DNA from: Parasitella parasitica NRRL 2501
Taxonomy: Eukaryota > Fungi > Mucoromycota
Length of the DNA stretch: 64,000 bases
NCBI GenBank assembly: GCA_025201805.1
Contig: MU619252.1
Span: 1 to 64,000 of the forward strand
Reading direction: 5' to 3'
Part shown: one piece after another, positions 12,609 through 26,388 of the stretch
Position numbering within the stretch: the stretch's first letter is position 1
Layout: the number at the start of each line of letters is the position of its first letter
Position numbers and translations under genes: made by a program
The notes under the pieces: model-generated
What the model saw: the letters and a program-made list of their open reading frames with translations, nothing else
Told to the model about the DNA's origin: nothing
Database searches by the model: none

Positions 12609-13422
12609 TATCACTATCGACACATTACAGTATGATTTAGCAAGATTCCCTACAAAAGACACCATAAAAATGATGACATTTCTGCTGGAAAAGGTCATCA
12701 AAGCGAACGATAGTTTACAGCAACAGCAATCTTCGACAGTCTCCCCACATGGCAGCGAAAGACGAAAAAGCACAAGCAGCTCTTCAACCTGCTTTCATGC
12801 TCGCTCAATACCGAGTATATCAATATATGCCTATCTTACGCGTATACTGAAATACTGCCCTTGTGCCAATGAATGCTTCTTGGCATTGCTGGTTTACTTT
12901 GATCGCATGTCGAAATCAACAAACACGCGCGCAGCCAATTTACGTATTGATTCGTACAATATCCACCGCCTAATAATCTCTGGTGTCATGGTATCAAGCA
13001 AGCTGTATTCTGATGTTTTCTTCACAAATACTCGCTATGCAAAGGTATTTATACATACGGCAACTAGATGCAACTACAGGGAATTTATTGCTTCTTGTGT
13101 ACGTCTATATATATAGGTTGGAGGATTACCCGTATCTGAATTGAATATGTTGGAATTGGAGTTTTTGTCGATTAACGATTTTGCATTGTTTGTCTCTATA
13201 GAAGAGTTACAGCATTACGGCGATCAATTACTATCGCACTGGACCAAAGAGCATGAGGAGCTCGTTAGCAATAATGTAAATAATGATATAGAAGAGCAAG
13301 AGCTGGCACCACCAGTGAGAAGACGTGCCAGACATTTGTCAATAGATAAACATGGAGACGAAATTGATGTGAATAGCTACAATGACAGCGAGAGAGTATA
13401 TAAAAAACCAACATGTCCATAG
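12592..13422 (+). CDS. Pho80/Pcl6-7-type cyclin
   Basis: FHARSIPSISIYAYLTRILKYCP...YNIHRLIISGVMVSSKLYSDVFFTNTRYAK|VGGLP. Intron 13045-13116. Confidence 0.92.
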
Positions 13423-13464
13423 TCCACACACATTTTTATATATAAAATTTATTCCCGTTACTGG

Positions 13465-14519
13465 CTACTTTACAGACAACTTTTCTCTTTTACTAACACT
13501 GGCTTCTTCTGGCATGACTGAGGACACCCAGTCTTGGTCGTTCAGTAGTGAAATATCGCCTCTCCCAAGTTTCTGATTTGACACCGTTTACTATACATGG
13601 CATTTTATATGTGTAGATCTAATTTACCTGTCTTATTCCATTGTAATGAGCCTCTTTGGAAGTGTATTCTCGTACGATATACTCTTTTCCAAACTCATGA
13701 TATAATCTGGTGTCGTTGATCCTAAATAGCACATCATCCACCCGTAAAAAGAATCTCTGCAAGACCAAAAAGCAGGTTGGCATCACTCTCTAAAATAAAA
13801 TTTTCATCAATAAACCTTGATGTGTCCACACGCACACACAAACATATCCAATTTACTAAACGAATAGTCAGCATAGCAGTACCGTTGTCCGCCAATTCAT
13901 CCTCGTACAAAATATTTTGGTCGTAAAACAGAATGGGATCTTGCTGGCGAAGCAAATCCACATTGACTAGTGATGCCCCGTCGTTGATTTCCATATCTGT
14001 GTTTGCTTTACCTCGATAATCCGTGGTGTAAGTCCAATCGTACGGTTTAACAACATCTTTGACATCTGTATGGTTGACAGAACTAGGTATATCTTATCAG
14101 ATCAAACCAAGATCTTTTAATTAAAAAGCCGTACAAACCTTTTCCTCGTCCATTCTTCTGAATATGCGACTTTGATCTTTTCGCTGCTTGTCGAACTGGT
14201 ATCTACTAGTGCTAGTGCATCGTAAGCGCCAAATACAATTTCAAAACCACCATATTTCACGATAACATGGTTGTTGCCAAACACCATTTCAGGTGGTGGT
14301 AAGCTGAAATCCTTGTGAATTCTAAACGCCCAAAAGGTCAATTGTCATATCCTACACAAAATCCTGTCTAGTAGCTTTTTTTTTTTTTTTTTACTTTTCC
14401 ATTTCAGTCGAACTACATATAGATGCTTTTTTGCTTGTAATGGTCCACCCATTAAGCTGGATACCTTGGATAAGACCCTCTTTAGGTGTCCCTTCCTTGA
14501 TGAATACTGGTGCAGACAT
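13465..14519 (-). CDS. TIP41: TIP41/TIPRL PP2A regulator; multi-exon
   Basis: [49 protein letters not shown] and [22 protein letters not shown] motifs across exons. Confidence 0.92.
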
Positions 14520-15142
14520 ACGAGGAAAAAAAAGAAAAGGAAAAAGGTGGAGAAAAAAAAAAAAAGTCGAGCTTAGCAACCAAGTCAAAACTTACAAGTC
14601 AAGATACCGTCTCCAAAGTCTAATTCATCAGTGCCTTACAATTACTATTGTCTAACAAAAATGGCGATTCATTTCCTGAAATAATAAGCAGACCGTTTAC
14701 ATGTAAATACCCCATTGCTTTACTTGAAATGTATTCATGAATAAATTACTGCATATAGAATGTATTCAAATTGCTGCAAAAATAGCGACTCATATTTGAG
14801 AGAGCAGTAACTCCCCCAAAGTATTTTGTCAAAAACACGAGTAGTGTGTATTGCGGGATTGCTCATGGCACTATAAATTCTTCTATCTCGGAACACTGGT
14901 TTATAACATACGCTTAATTTTCCAGGAATGGCATGTAATGATTAGTGACAGAACCGTTCTTGTGCTGTGTTGTATACCGTTGCGAGATCCATCGACCTTG
15001 ATCCTCTTCGGCTTCAATTGAGTAACCTGATCTAGACATTTACTAGTTTTAAAAAAGCGTCAATTGTGTGCTCCGGACCGCTTCCATATGCATACGGCAG
15101 ATTTTTACGTGGCATTATTACGTGTCCTTTTATTTCAAAACC

Positions 15143-16569
<1,427 letters not shown>

Positions 16570-17019
16570 TCAAAACGTTAATAAAAGCAACATATATTAC
16601 CTTATAGGCATAGATTATTAGGGCAATCATGCAGCCAGTTGACGACGACGGACGAAACATCGATGGGCTGTGCTGGCTTGGCTGGTCGACTTCTCATTTT
16701 TTGAGCCTCATTTCTACTCTTTTGAAAATTCCTCGAAAACTGATTATATAAACCTCTACAGCTTCTTGATTTTTTTTTTTTCAGATCAAACGTTTGAAAA
16801 TAAATACCACGGTGCTATTTATATAGAAATTTCTCAACTCAATTTTTGAGAAATTTTCAAAAATAATAATGAAATGCGTTTTTTTGCAGAAAAAGACTAG
16901 TCAATAGCATTTAATCTTCGTATCCTTATTATCTGTTACTATTTATTTTGGAGCGATCCTTACTTGGAAATAGTATACTAAAATTTCCATTTTTGGGTGA
17001 AAAAAAATGAGATGAAGCG

Positions 17020-17260
17020 ACCTTGGTTGATTCTCATGAAGGATTGCAAGGCCTAGGAGGCTCAAATCTGATGATATTTTTTATGGTCCCAAAAAAAAGT
17101 GAGAAAATAGTACTTAAAGTTGCACCTCAATTCCAGAAATTGGTTTAGTTTGGCTTGAGCTTCTTCAGACGGCAAAGACTTTCTAATATCGAAGACATCG
17201 TTATTCAGATGATTCGCAACACAACCAACATAAGTTTTATGAGCATATATGTACAATATG
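17020..17260 (-). mobile_element. Possible degenerate DNA-transposase fragment (MULE-like)
   Basis: Interrupted frame EEAQAKLNQFLELRCNFKYYFLTFFW...MR, loosely reminiscent of MULE transposase helices. Weak evidence. Confidence 0.25.
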
Positions 17261-17710
17261 TTTAGTTAGATATATAATAAGTTGTATTTATTGCCTGTAT
17301 ATATTTGCACGCAAGAAGCAACAGGTAACCGATACTGCAAGACAAATTTCGTGCCGTAGTGGTGCAGGCGAATTATGAGAAGCAAACAAATTACAATGTG
17401 CAAGAATAAGGGGGTTTTTTTTTGTGGGTAACATATCCTATTTCTTGTGCAAGAGAAATGATGACAGATATCAATGGCATTCCTATCCATCAAGCTCTTC
17501 GAACAAAGAATATGTTATTATTGATAGTCTTATCCCACACAGATTATTTGACAATTTACAAGGAGCTTGCAATTGAGTCCTCATTCAAGCTCGACGAGGA
17601 GACTGAAAGTATCGGTAGGCAGAGTACATTCACACAAGCGTATATCAAGTAAATCTGATTATGAATTATACTCGTACACTCTATACCTATGCAATTGATA
17701 GCCGTCTAGT

Positions 17711-18570
17711 AGGTACTCAATTTCCTCCATGGACAGAAGGTCCTGGCGCTTGGGGCGTTCAACATTTGATGCACTCAGAATTAATAGATACACTATTTGC
17801 CGAATGTTATGAGTCAATCTAATTGTAAAACACTGTTTGCCAGGTATTGGGTGCCAAACCTAAAGAACTTTATCTTGGTAGTTCAGAAAGTAAAAAATTG
17901 GTTGCTGAATCATGAAACATTTCAACTGTGAACAGTAAAACTGTAGAGCTGTTTAATCAATTGATCAATTCCCCGGATCCTGATCCTGATTTTGATCTTA
18001 CTTGGCACAGAGACTCTGTACCTGCCGAAACTGGTAAAGAAAGAGAACGTGAGATAAATGAGTTTTCCTCATTACGGTACTCATTGAAATATGTAAATTG
18101 TAATTATTTGTTGCCTACCATAAATGAGTCCCCTGGCTGACGAATAGACACGGTATAGAGCACTGTGCCAAGATATATGTTTGTACAGATGTCGTACGTT
18201 GTTCGCATCGTAAAGTGAGAACCCCCATAGAACGTCATATAACCATCCATGACCCTAAAGGCCATGATATGCTAGGCATGCTTAAAGTTGTACTGAAGTC
18301 AGGACAGCCCGTTTTTTTTACGATAGAACATTGTTCATCCTGCTGCTTATGAATGTCGATCCAAGCGCGCTACGTTACATGCTTGTATGGGTTCAATTGA
18401 AGCAGGAGGACAGCGCTCTGTCAACATTTTTCCAACATGAGTTGGACTGGTAGAAAATACCTGCATTCAAGCAAAGCTTGCCCTCTAGTTTACATGAACC
18501 CTATGCAAATGTCTTTGCAATCGCAGAAGGTGCAGGATTGAGTCAACTCGAAACAGCACCTATTCTTTAA
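17711..18570 (+). pseudogene. Phytanoyl-CoA dioxygenase (PhyH)-family pseudogene
   Basis: Fragments GTQFPPW..WGVQHLMH, ELFN.LIN...DFDLTWHRD and NIVHPAAY...KRATLHACMG. Frameshifts near 18311-18326, in-frame TAG at 18451, no clear 5' end. Confidence 0.7.
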
Positions 18571-18626
18571 AATCTATTACATTATCGTCAAATGCTGCGT
18601 ACTTTGTGCTTCATTTATTATTGAAT

Positions 18627-20904
18627 TTAAGCTGATGAGCTCTCTTTTCCGAGAGTAGCTAGTTGACCCAAAAATTGATGAGGTGATAAGATATCGGTGG
18701 AACCATATGTGATCTTTTTTTTCCCATTATTTTGCTATTGATTTCAGACGCATTAGTCAAAGACATCGAAAATAAACTCAACAATACTTACTGTTGCAAG
18801 TTCTTGTAAATTTTGATATTCTACATAGTTACCACCGCCGACAACAAAGACAATGGCTTCTTGGAATGCAACCTTATGTTGGCGTGGAGATTTTGTGTTT
18901 TTACTGACCTTAGGATCAAAATACAAGTAATCGCTTGCTTTTGATATTTCGTTTTGCGGTGGAGTCATTATATCAGAAACGATCTTACTAACAACCAGCT
19001 CTTTGCTAGTAGGAAGCAAGTTCTTGACACCCGATAATAAGTTTTCAAAACCACCGCCTAGTCCACCTTTATTTAATCTGTCAGATAACTTGTTACCGAT
19101 GCTACTAAAACCACGGAACAAATCATTCTGGGAAAATCCGGTTTGTGGTGCAGATGGTGAAGAAATCATGGATGTCATGCGCATTAAAGCACGCACTCTA
19201 AATGTGTCATGTTAGTATTTCCATCTCTTTGAACGAGCATACACCTACTTTTTAATGTAGTTTAATGGCTCCATATCACACCCAGCCTCAGAAAGTGCCT
19301 TCTCATAATCTTCCATATCATCCTTGGGAATTTCCTCCACTGTTGACAAGTAATAAATCAAAAATAATCGCATTTTGTCCTCTGGATTCTTTTTTTCTGC
19401 ATCACGAATAGTTTCCAATAAGGTCGTTTTGTTTTGTCTAGTGATGCTTTCCTCGATTTGAAAGAAATTATCCAGTTGTCTATCCTTGATGTCGTTCAGA
19501 AGCGCAGTTGCAACATTCATGTGCATATCCAAAGTTGCTTTTCTTGCCGTTAATTCAGGTAGGGCAGTAATAGCCGATTTGAGCAGCTTGGTATTGGATG
19601 ACATATCAATATTACCAACATCTTCCAAAGAAGAAACTCCACTGATGCCTGTAATTTCTGCAGCATCCTTCTTGTATTTGTTCAATTCGGCATCAATATC
19701 CTCAGCTACCTGAGGAAATGGGCTTGATGCATTCTTTGACCAAAAGAAATCTTTGGCGTCGAGGTCATAGCTCTTTTTCTTGGATCCGTTCTCTCCTCCC
19801 TCAATAGTGATGCGATTTAATTTCATTGAAAGGACGTCATGAATAAGCGCTTCGTATGTCCAGGAATGGCTCAACATGGGTGTCAAATCCATGCTTCGAT
19901 CCAGCAAAATGAGAACAGGGCGTTGTAGGTTGGCAGCACTGTTTTCTGAAAATAAATTGGTTCTACTGTTCATGACATGATCGCGTAATTTACTATCGAG
20001 TTTGTTAGCGATACTTTCGGCAGCATTTCCTCGAGGACAGCGAATGATAGGAATAACGCCCATAGTGACAATTACTGAAAATAGTGCATTGACGGTTTTG
20101 TCAATGGTTTCTTCAATTAATGTTTCGGTGGCAGTTGGATTATTCAAGTTAATAAATGTTTGTGGCTGATTAAGAGAGAACACGTTGGGGTTTGTACAAA
20201 TGAAATTAAGGTATTGATCGTAAACCTACAAAAATAAGTTATGCATGTAGTTTTGAGATATTTTGGGTTACACTACTTGGTTCACCATATCTGAGGTATT
20301 GTCAGCGATCGTAGTTGTTGCAAAGTCTTCTAAAATAGGTCGAGGTATAGTTGAACAAAAGTTGATATAGTAGGAATCGTACAAATTGCGGCTCAAATCC
20401 TAATAAGATATACATTGAATCATTTATTTGGTTTGTCATCATAGAAACCCATACTTCGCAGATCTTTTTGATGTTTTCTAATGTAGGCTCGACAAAATAG
20501 ACAGCTGGTACATCAGGCAAAGATGATCTTTCCTGAGATAAAAGCCTAATGTTGTGGGGTTGTCAGATTTGAAAGTGCCAGAACAAACCAAGTTTTACTT
20601 TACATGTGAACTGTTACTCCATTTTCACGAAGATCGTTTACACGCATGATGGAGGAAATAATATCTTGACCAAATTTATCAAATATAAGAACCTTCCAAA
20701 CAATGTTTCCAGGATTATTGCTTTCAGTTGGTCCACCGTCATCCGATGAGTTGAGGTGAAGCATGTTAGCAACAGCAGCTATACGATTTCAATTATTGGT
20801 TAAAATGTTAAACCTTTTTCTTTTCTTATAATTCAAATACCATATTGTGCTGATCGCAATGAATTTGCATCTACCAAAGGAATGGTGTTTGTTTGTTGTT
20901 GCAT
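18627..20904 (-). CDS. SLY1: Sly1 (Sec1/Munc18 family) ER-Golgi SNARE regulator; multi-exon
   Basis: [55 protein letters not shown] and [17 protein letters not shown] motifs. Confidence 0.95.
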
Positions 20905-21079
20905 ATTCGCGTTGGAAAGATAGTGAAGAAAAAAAAAACAAATGTTACAATTAGAGAGACCCAGTTACTTCTATGATGATGTGAATAACCAAAATGGGTG
21001 TCCTTATACTATCTACAAAATCACGTGATATGTATTACATTCATTAATAATAAATGTAAATAAAAAAACGCCATCAAGA

Positions 21080-21153
21080 GCTTCCGTGGCGCAATTGGCT
21101 AGCGCGTCTGACTGTTAATCAGGAGGTTGGTGGTTCAAGCCCACCCGGGAGCG
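21080..21153 (+). tRNA. tRNA-Asn (GTT)
   Basis: Acceptor stem GCTTCCG/CGGGAGC, D-arm TGGCGCAATTGGCTAGCGC, anticodon loop CTGTTAA, T-loop GGTTCAAG, downstream T-run terminator. Confidence 0.96.
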
Positions 21154-21570
21154 TATTTTTTACTACTTTTTTTGTATGCCGGAGTTTGAATTCTTCACAT
21201 CGTTCTGTGTTAATCGTGATGGATGTTTTGGGTCTCTAGTTAATGGCTAAACACTTTTATAAGCAAAAATAAAGTATATATTGTGTAATCTATTGTTATT
21301 TGACATTTTTGATTAGAAAATGAGGATATTTTTACGTTTTTAACCAATTGAAACTGTTGCTCATCAGAAATCCAAGCAGACGTTTATCATGTTCGGAAGC
21401 CTTGAAGGTATTAAAACTCCTCCGTTATTTACTTGCTTCTTCTGTGCCTCATCTGGAATATATTAGTAGCGACACGCGTCGGTACTCGTCATCTTGGCTT
21501 CGAAGTTTTGATAAAGTGTTATTTACATCTTCTTTTTTTTTTATTATTTCTTCATAATATACGCAAGAAA

Positions 21571-22621
21571 ATGAACAGATTTGTTTCCAGATATTCATCA
21601 TCGCCTTTAAGTTTACCTCAAGAGGAAAATTTCGGTCAACTTTGTGGGCGTTGGGATGCTGCTCAACAGCTTGCATTTCCCACTTTTGATATTCCTGCTA
21701 TCCACAACGTACGTGAACTATCTGCTTTGAGAAAATCGTGTAATAACAAAAAAGATAGCCTGTAGATTTTTTAAAAAACGTTACTGATGAGAAATCTGCC
21801 GATTACAAAATAAAAATTCAACATGGTACAACTACACTTGCTTTCCAATTTCAAGGTGGTGTTATTGTTGCCGTAGATTCAAGAGCAACCATGGGCAATT
21901 ACATTGGTAAATGATTGCGTGACGATAAATACGGTAAATGATATTAAAATCTGTATGCTATAGGCTCTCAAACTGTAAAGAAGGTAATCGAAATCAATCC
22001 TTATTTGTTGGGTACCATGGCTGGTGGTGCGGCTGATTGTTCATATTGGGAACGTGAGCTAGGAAGACGCTGTCGTTTGCACGAATTGAGAAACAAGGAA
22101 CGTATTTCAGTCGCTGCTGCATCCAAGTTATTAGCCAACATGGTATATGCTTACAAAGGCATGGGCTTATCCATGGTAAGATCGAATTATGCTATGTTTA
22201 AAATTGTTTTTGCTTAATACTGTTAATGCAGGGTACTATGGTTACAGGATGGGATAAATCTGGACCTAATCTCTTCTATGTTGATTCTGATGGATCAAGA
22301 TTAAAGGGAGATATATTCTCTGTTGGTTCAGGTTCAACATTTGCTTATGGTGTGCTTGACTCTGGATATGACTATGATTTAGAGATCAAGGACGCTCTTG
22401 AACTTGGAAGAAGATCTATTTACCACGCTACACATCGTGATGCAATGTCTGGTGGTTCTGTCAATTGTAAGCTTATATATCTCTCTGTTTATAATTCAAC
22501 AATACGCTAACATTAAATAGTATATCATGTCACTGAAAAGGGTTGGACATACCATGGCAACCATGATGTTGGCAATCTTCATTGGGAGTATCAAGATGGT
22601 ATTGCAAAAGATATTATCTAA
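21571..22621 (+). CDS. PRE2: 20S proteasome subunit beta5 with propeptide; multi-exon
   Basis: HG|TTTLAF catalytic Thr, [31 protein letters not shown] and [10 protein letters not shown] motifs. Confidence 0.96.
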
Positions 22622-23158
22622 ATAGGATTTCCGGATTATAATTAAAAAAAAAAATAAGAGTAAAAAAAGACGATAAATAAAACTGATTCTGGCTTAACAA
22701 GCAGAACCCCTTTACGCTAACAAGCCTTTTATTGGAAAAGACTTATTTAATGATTGATGTAATACTTTATCCGTTTAGATAATGATGCTACACTATCGTT
22801 TGCTAACCTGAAATCAAGCCAGGTTTTTAGCCGTTTGCAATAGCAACTCCCAACCATATAGGTGATAATTGTAGACACCATTCGGTAATTACTGTACATA
22901 GCAAGCAGCCATTCCATATTGCCGTTTTCAGGCGTTCGGTGAGATAACAATAAAACTTTGAGGGGTTCTGTTAAATCTTTGATCATGACAAACCCAATCA
23001 TTCGACACTCTGGTGTATACGATTTTTATATAAAATTTATTTGAAAGTTGGATAAAAAATTACTTTGATTGATTTTGCATCAAAATAAACCAATTCTACT
23101 ATTTTGCCGTAAAATATAAATGGATTTGTATGTAAGATTTTATATGTTTGATATTTAT

Positions 23159-23577
23159 TTAACATCCTCCGATTTGTTCAACCATAACATCAATAACATC
23201 TCCATCTTCCATATCCAACTTTATAAAATGAGAATGTGAATTGAGAAAATCAGTAAAAATATTGAAGATCTCGTTCGATACTTACTTCATTAGGTGTATG
23301 ATGTGCTTGGACACGGGAACCATCATACAAGAAACGTATAGAGTCAATACTTTTACCTTGACGTTCACAATAGGCTTCCATCAACTTTTTTAGTTGAGTA
23401 GTACGTTTGATTTTGAAGAAAACCTCGTTGCTATCCTGCAATGATCATAGTTAATATTAGTTTCCTATAAAATAAAAATAAAAAAACATTTGTTGAATAC
23501 TTTACGCCTCCTACAACTTTGAGATTAATGTGTTCAATAGGTCCCTCCTTCTTTTCCACTTTCGAATCTTCAGACAT
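23159..23577 (-). CDS. SMT3: SUMO precursor; 3 exons
   Basis: EHINLKVV...[24 protein letters not shown]...RFLYDG...[19 protein letters not shown]. Confidence 0.96.
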
Positions 23578-23766
23578 GATTTAGTACGCGAGTATTGTTC
23601 AAAGAAGAGAAAACTGCTTTGCTGTGCGGAGGAGAGAATAAAACTTTTATACATCACGTGCTGCTCTAATTCAGTTGAAACCATCATATCCTGGCTCGCT
23701 CGCCGGGGGTGGATGGAAGATGTTTTCCATGAAATAGAAGTTTTGTCAGTTGTTTATATGCTTAAC

Positions 23767-24780
23767 ATGTCATTCATTACTCGAAATCTAGCTAGAGCTA
23801 ATATCAAGGTAATAGGAACATAGGAGCACCCATAGTTGTCGCCTAACTGTTGTCATCTCTTTGCTAGGCTGCGAAGCGTCAATTCTGCAAGCCTGCAACC
23901 TCTTCAATGTCATGTTCCGCTTTTCCTGCCTACAAGCCATCATTGAAAACTATAGCTCCTAACCGCTTCTATTCTGCTTCTGCATCCAAAGAAGAAATCC
24001 GCGCAAAAGCAATTGTTGGCGTAAAGTATCCTTTTGCTTCATATTACAGCACAAACTAACACTTTTTGCATAAAACTGACATGATAGCCTTTCACTTTCA
24101 GAGCGGCTGCCGTCTTTTTAGGTGTTGGTGCAGGTTTATTGTTGTATTTTCAAAACGAAAAGAAAAAAGTTGCAGAAATTCGCAAACAAAAGGAAGCTGA
24201 AAAATCTCAAACACAATCATACGGCAAGCCCAAGTTGGGAGGACCTTATACATTGACAAATGCAGAAACCAACAAGCCATTCGGTTCTGAAGATTTGAAG
24301 GGCAAGTTCACCATGATTTACTTTGGATTTACACATTGTCCTGATATCTGCCCTGAGGAATTGGACAAGATGGCTGAAGTAGTTGACACGATCAAAAAAG
24401 AGATTGGGGAGAACGTATTGGTACCTGTCTTTATCACCTGTGACCCTCGACGTGATACTGTGGATATCGTCAGAGAGTATGTCAAGGATTTCCACAAAGA
24501 TTTAATTGGCTTGACAGGTGATCAGGATCAAATTAAACGGGTTGCTAAACTGTTTAGGGTCTATGTATCGTCTCCTCCTGACATTAGCGAAGGTGATGAC
24601 TATCTGGTAGATCATTCGATTTTCTTTTATTTGATGGATCCAGAAGGCAATTTCCTGGATTGCTATGCTCAAAACTCAGAAGCTGATGGCGTCAGTGAGA
24701 GCTTCAAGAGCTACTACAAAGCCTACATAGAAAATGGCGGTAAATTAGATCAGTCCCCTATCAACGATACTAGCAATTAA
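23767..24780 (+). CDS. SCO1: Mitochondrial copper chaperone Sco1/Sco2; multi-exon
   Basis: Basic presequence, TM segment, YFGFTHCPDICPEELDKM (CxxxC) and YLVDHSIFFYLMDP motifs. Confidence 0.96.
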
Positions 24781-24800
24781 ATGAAGAAGGAAACCATGAA

Positions 24801-26388
24801 TTATATGACGTTTATTTTGGACCAGCCGTTATTTTTTTTTTTGAAATATGTGGATAGTTGGTTTGATGGTTGAGAAGCAGTAGTGAGGAACAGTGACATA
24901 TGGTGTTTTTGATGACTAATGTAGTCATCATGTTCAATCATTGAAGAGTCCATTGAATTGGGCGTTGAAGGGGCAGAAATCAGGGAAGGTGCAGCCTGTT
25001 TGTGATAAGGTGGGGTCTCAGGGGTTGTACTCAAAAGAGTGTTACTTAAAGCAGGGAATCTATTGCTAGGAGATGTAGGGGTTCGGCACATGGCAATCTC
25101 GTTCTCGGTAATGATCTCCAGCTGTTGCTGTTTTGGTTCTATTTCGATTGTTGCTACTGGGGACGACCGTGCACGTAAAAAAGTGCGAGAATGTGCCTTG
25201 TCTTCGTACGACAATTGTCTACTGTGAGTCTTTGTGCGAGATACCACTGCTTCATATTGTGCTTTATCTTTCACAATATCACTGTTGATGTTTTGCTCAA
25301 AATGATCATCTAATTCACGAATATGTGCGATAGGTTGAAGTGAAACTGCACGCACTTTTTTGCCCTCTAATGCCAGCATGGCGTCCTGCCTTGGTCCATC
25401 ATTTAAGGATGGGCAAGCAGATAAATCCATTGAGCTTTGAGAGCACGGTGTATCATGTTGCTCAGATTGTGTTGGGAGAGGTGGCAGGGGTTTTTGTACG
25501 TCGTCTATTGACTTGTCTTCAACTGCCAACGTCAATTGATCTGTATTTGGCATAGTGAGTGGACTTCGTCTACGTCTTCTTTCTATTAAAGTAAATTTCT
25601 GCTCTTCATCATCACTTGTAGTAGTAGTCGAAATGGGGGAATCCGTTGCGGTAATAATAGAATGGGGTCTACTATTGTTGATGCTTGAGTCAAGGGGTAT
25701 ATTCAAGGGTGGTAATGGAGGTGGTAACGATGCGCTATTCGACCTGGAATTATTAGTGGGGTCTAGTGTTCCATTGCGAAATGGCGAAACTGAGCCAATG
25801 CCACTTTTAAAAGCAATATAACTATCGTTATCAATGTCGGACGATACGAGAAATTCAGCATCCATCGATAAGCGTAATAGGGAAGGCTGTTTTTTAGTCT
25901 TGATGGATATAGGCTCCACTCTTGGAACGGCTGGGTCTATTAATGTGCGTCGACTGACGATTGTTGTATTCGTGTTGCTATGGTTGCTAAAACTCTCTCG
26001 TTTGGATTTGGTCCGTCTTGGTGGCGGTGAAAGGGATAGCGGTGCTGGTGGCTGCTGGTGTGATTGTGGGTAGCTCCATATCATTCTAGGAGAAGATGCA
26101 GATGGCAGCGTTGGTCTCAGAACTATGTCCAGATACCTAGTTAATTCATGCGATATTCTCAATTCGTATTGCTTTACCTTTGATCGTTCCTGACAAAACA
26201 ATATGCTTTTTATCAAGTTTATCACAGGATTGAGATTGTTTCTGATTTGATGCTGACTTGCCGTTGTTTCTTCCCAATTTGTTGATGACAAAAGAAAAGC
26301 AAGACGACCAGCGAAGTTTGCGAAGCTTATCATTTAAATTTTTCTGTCTAGTATTAGCTGAATGGTTTGATTTGCCTTCATTTGACAT
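24801..26388 (-). CDS. Hypothetical Ser/Pro-rich, probably disordered protein; 2 exons
   Basis: ORFs 26146-26388 and 24801-26333 join in frame through a 55-nt GT-AG intron at 26123-26177 (TIK|VLRPT). No recognisable domain. Confidence 0.7.
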
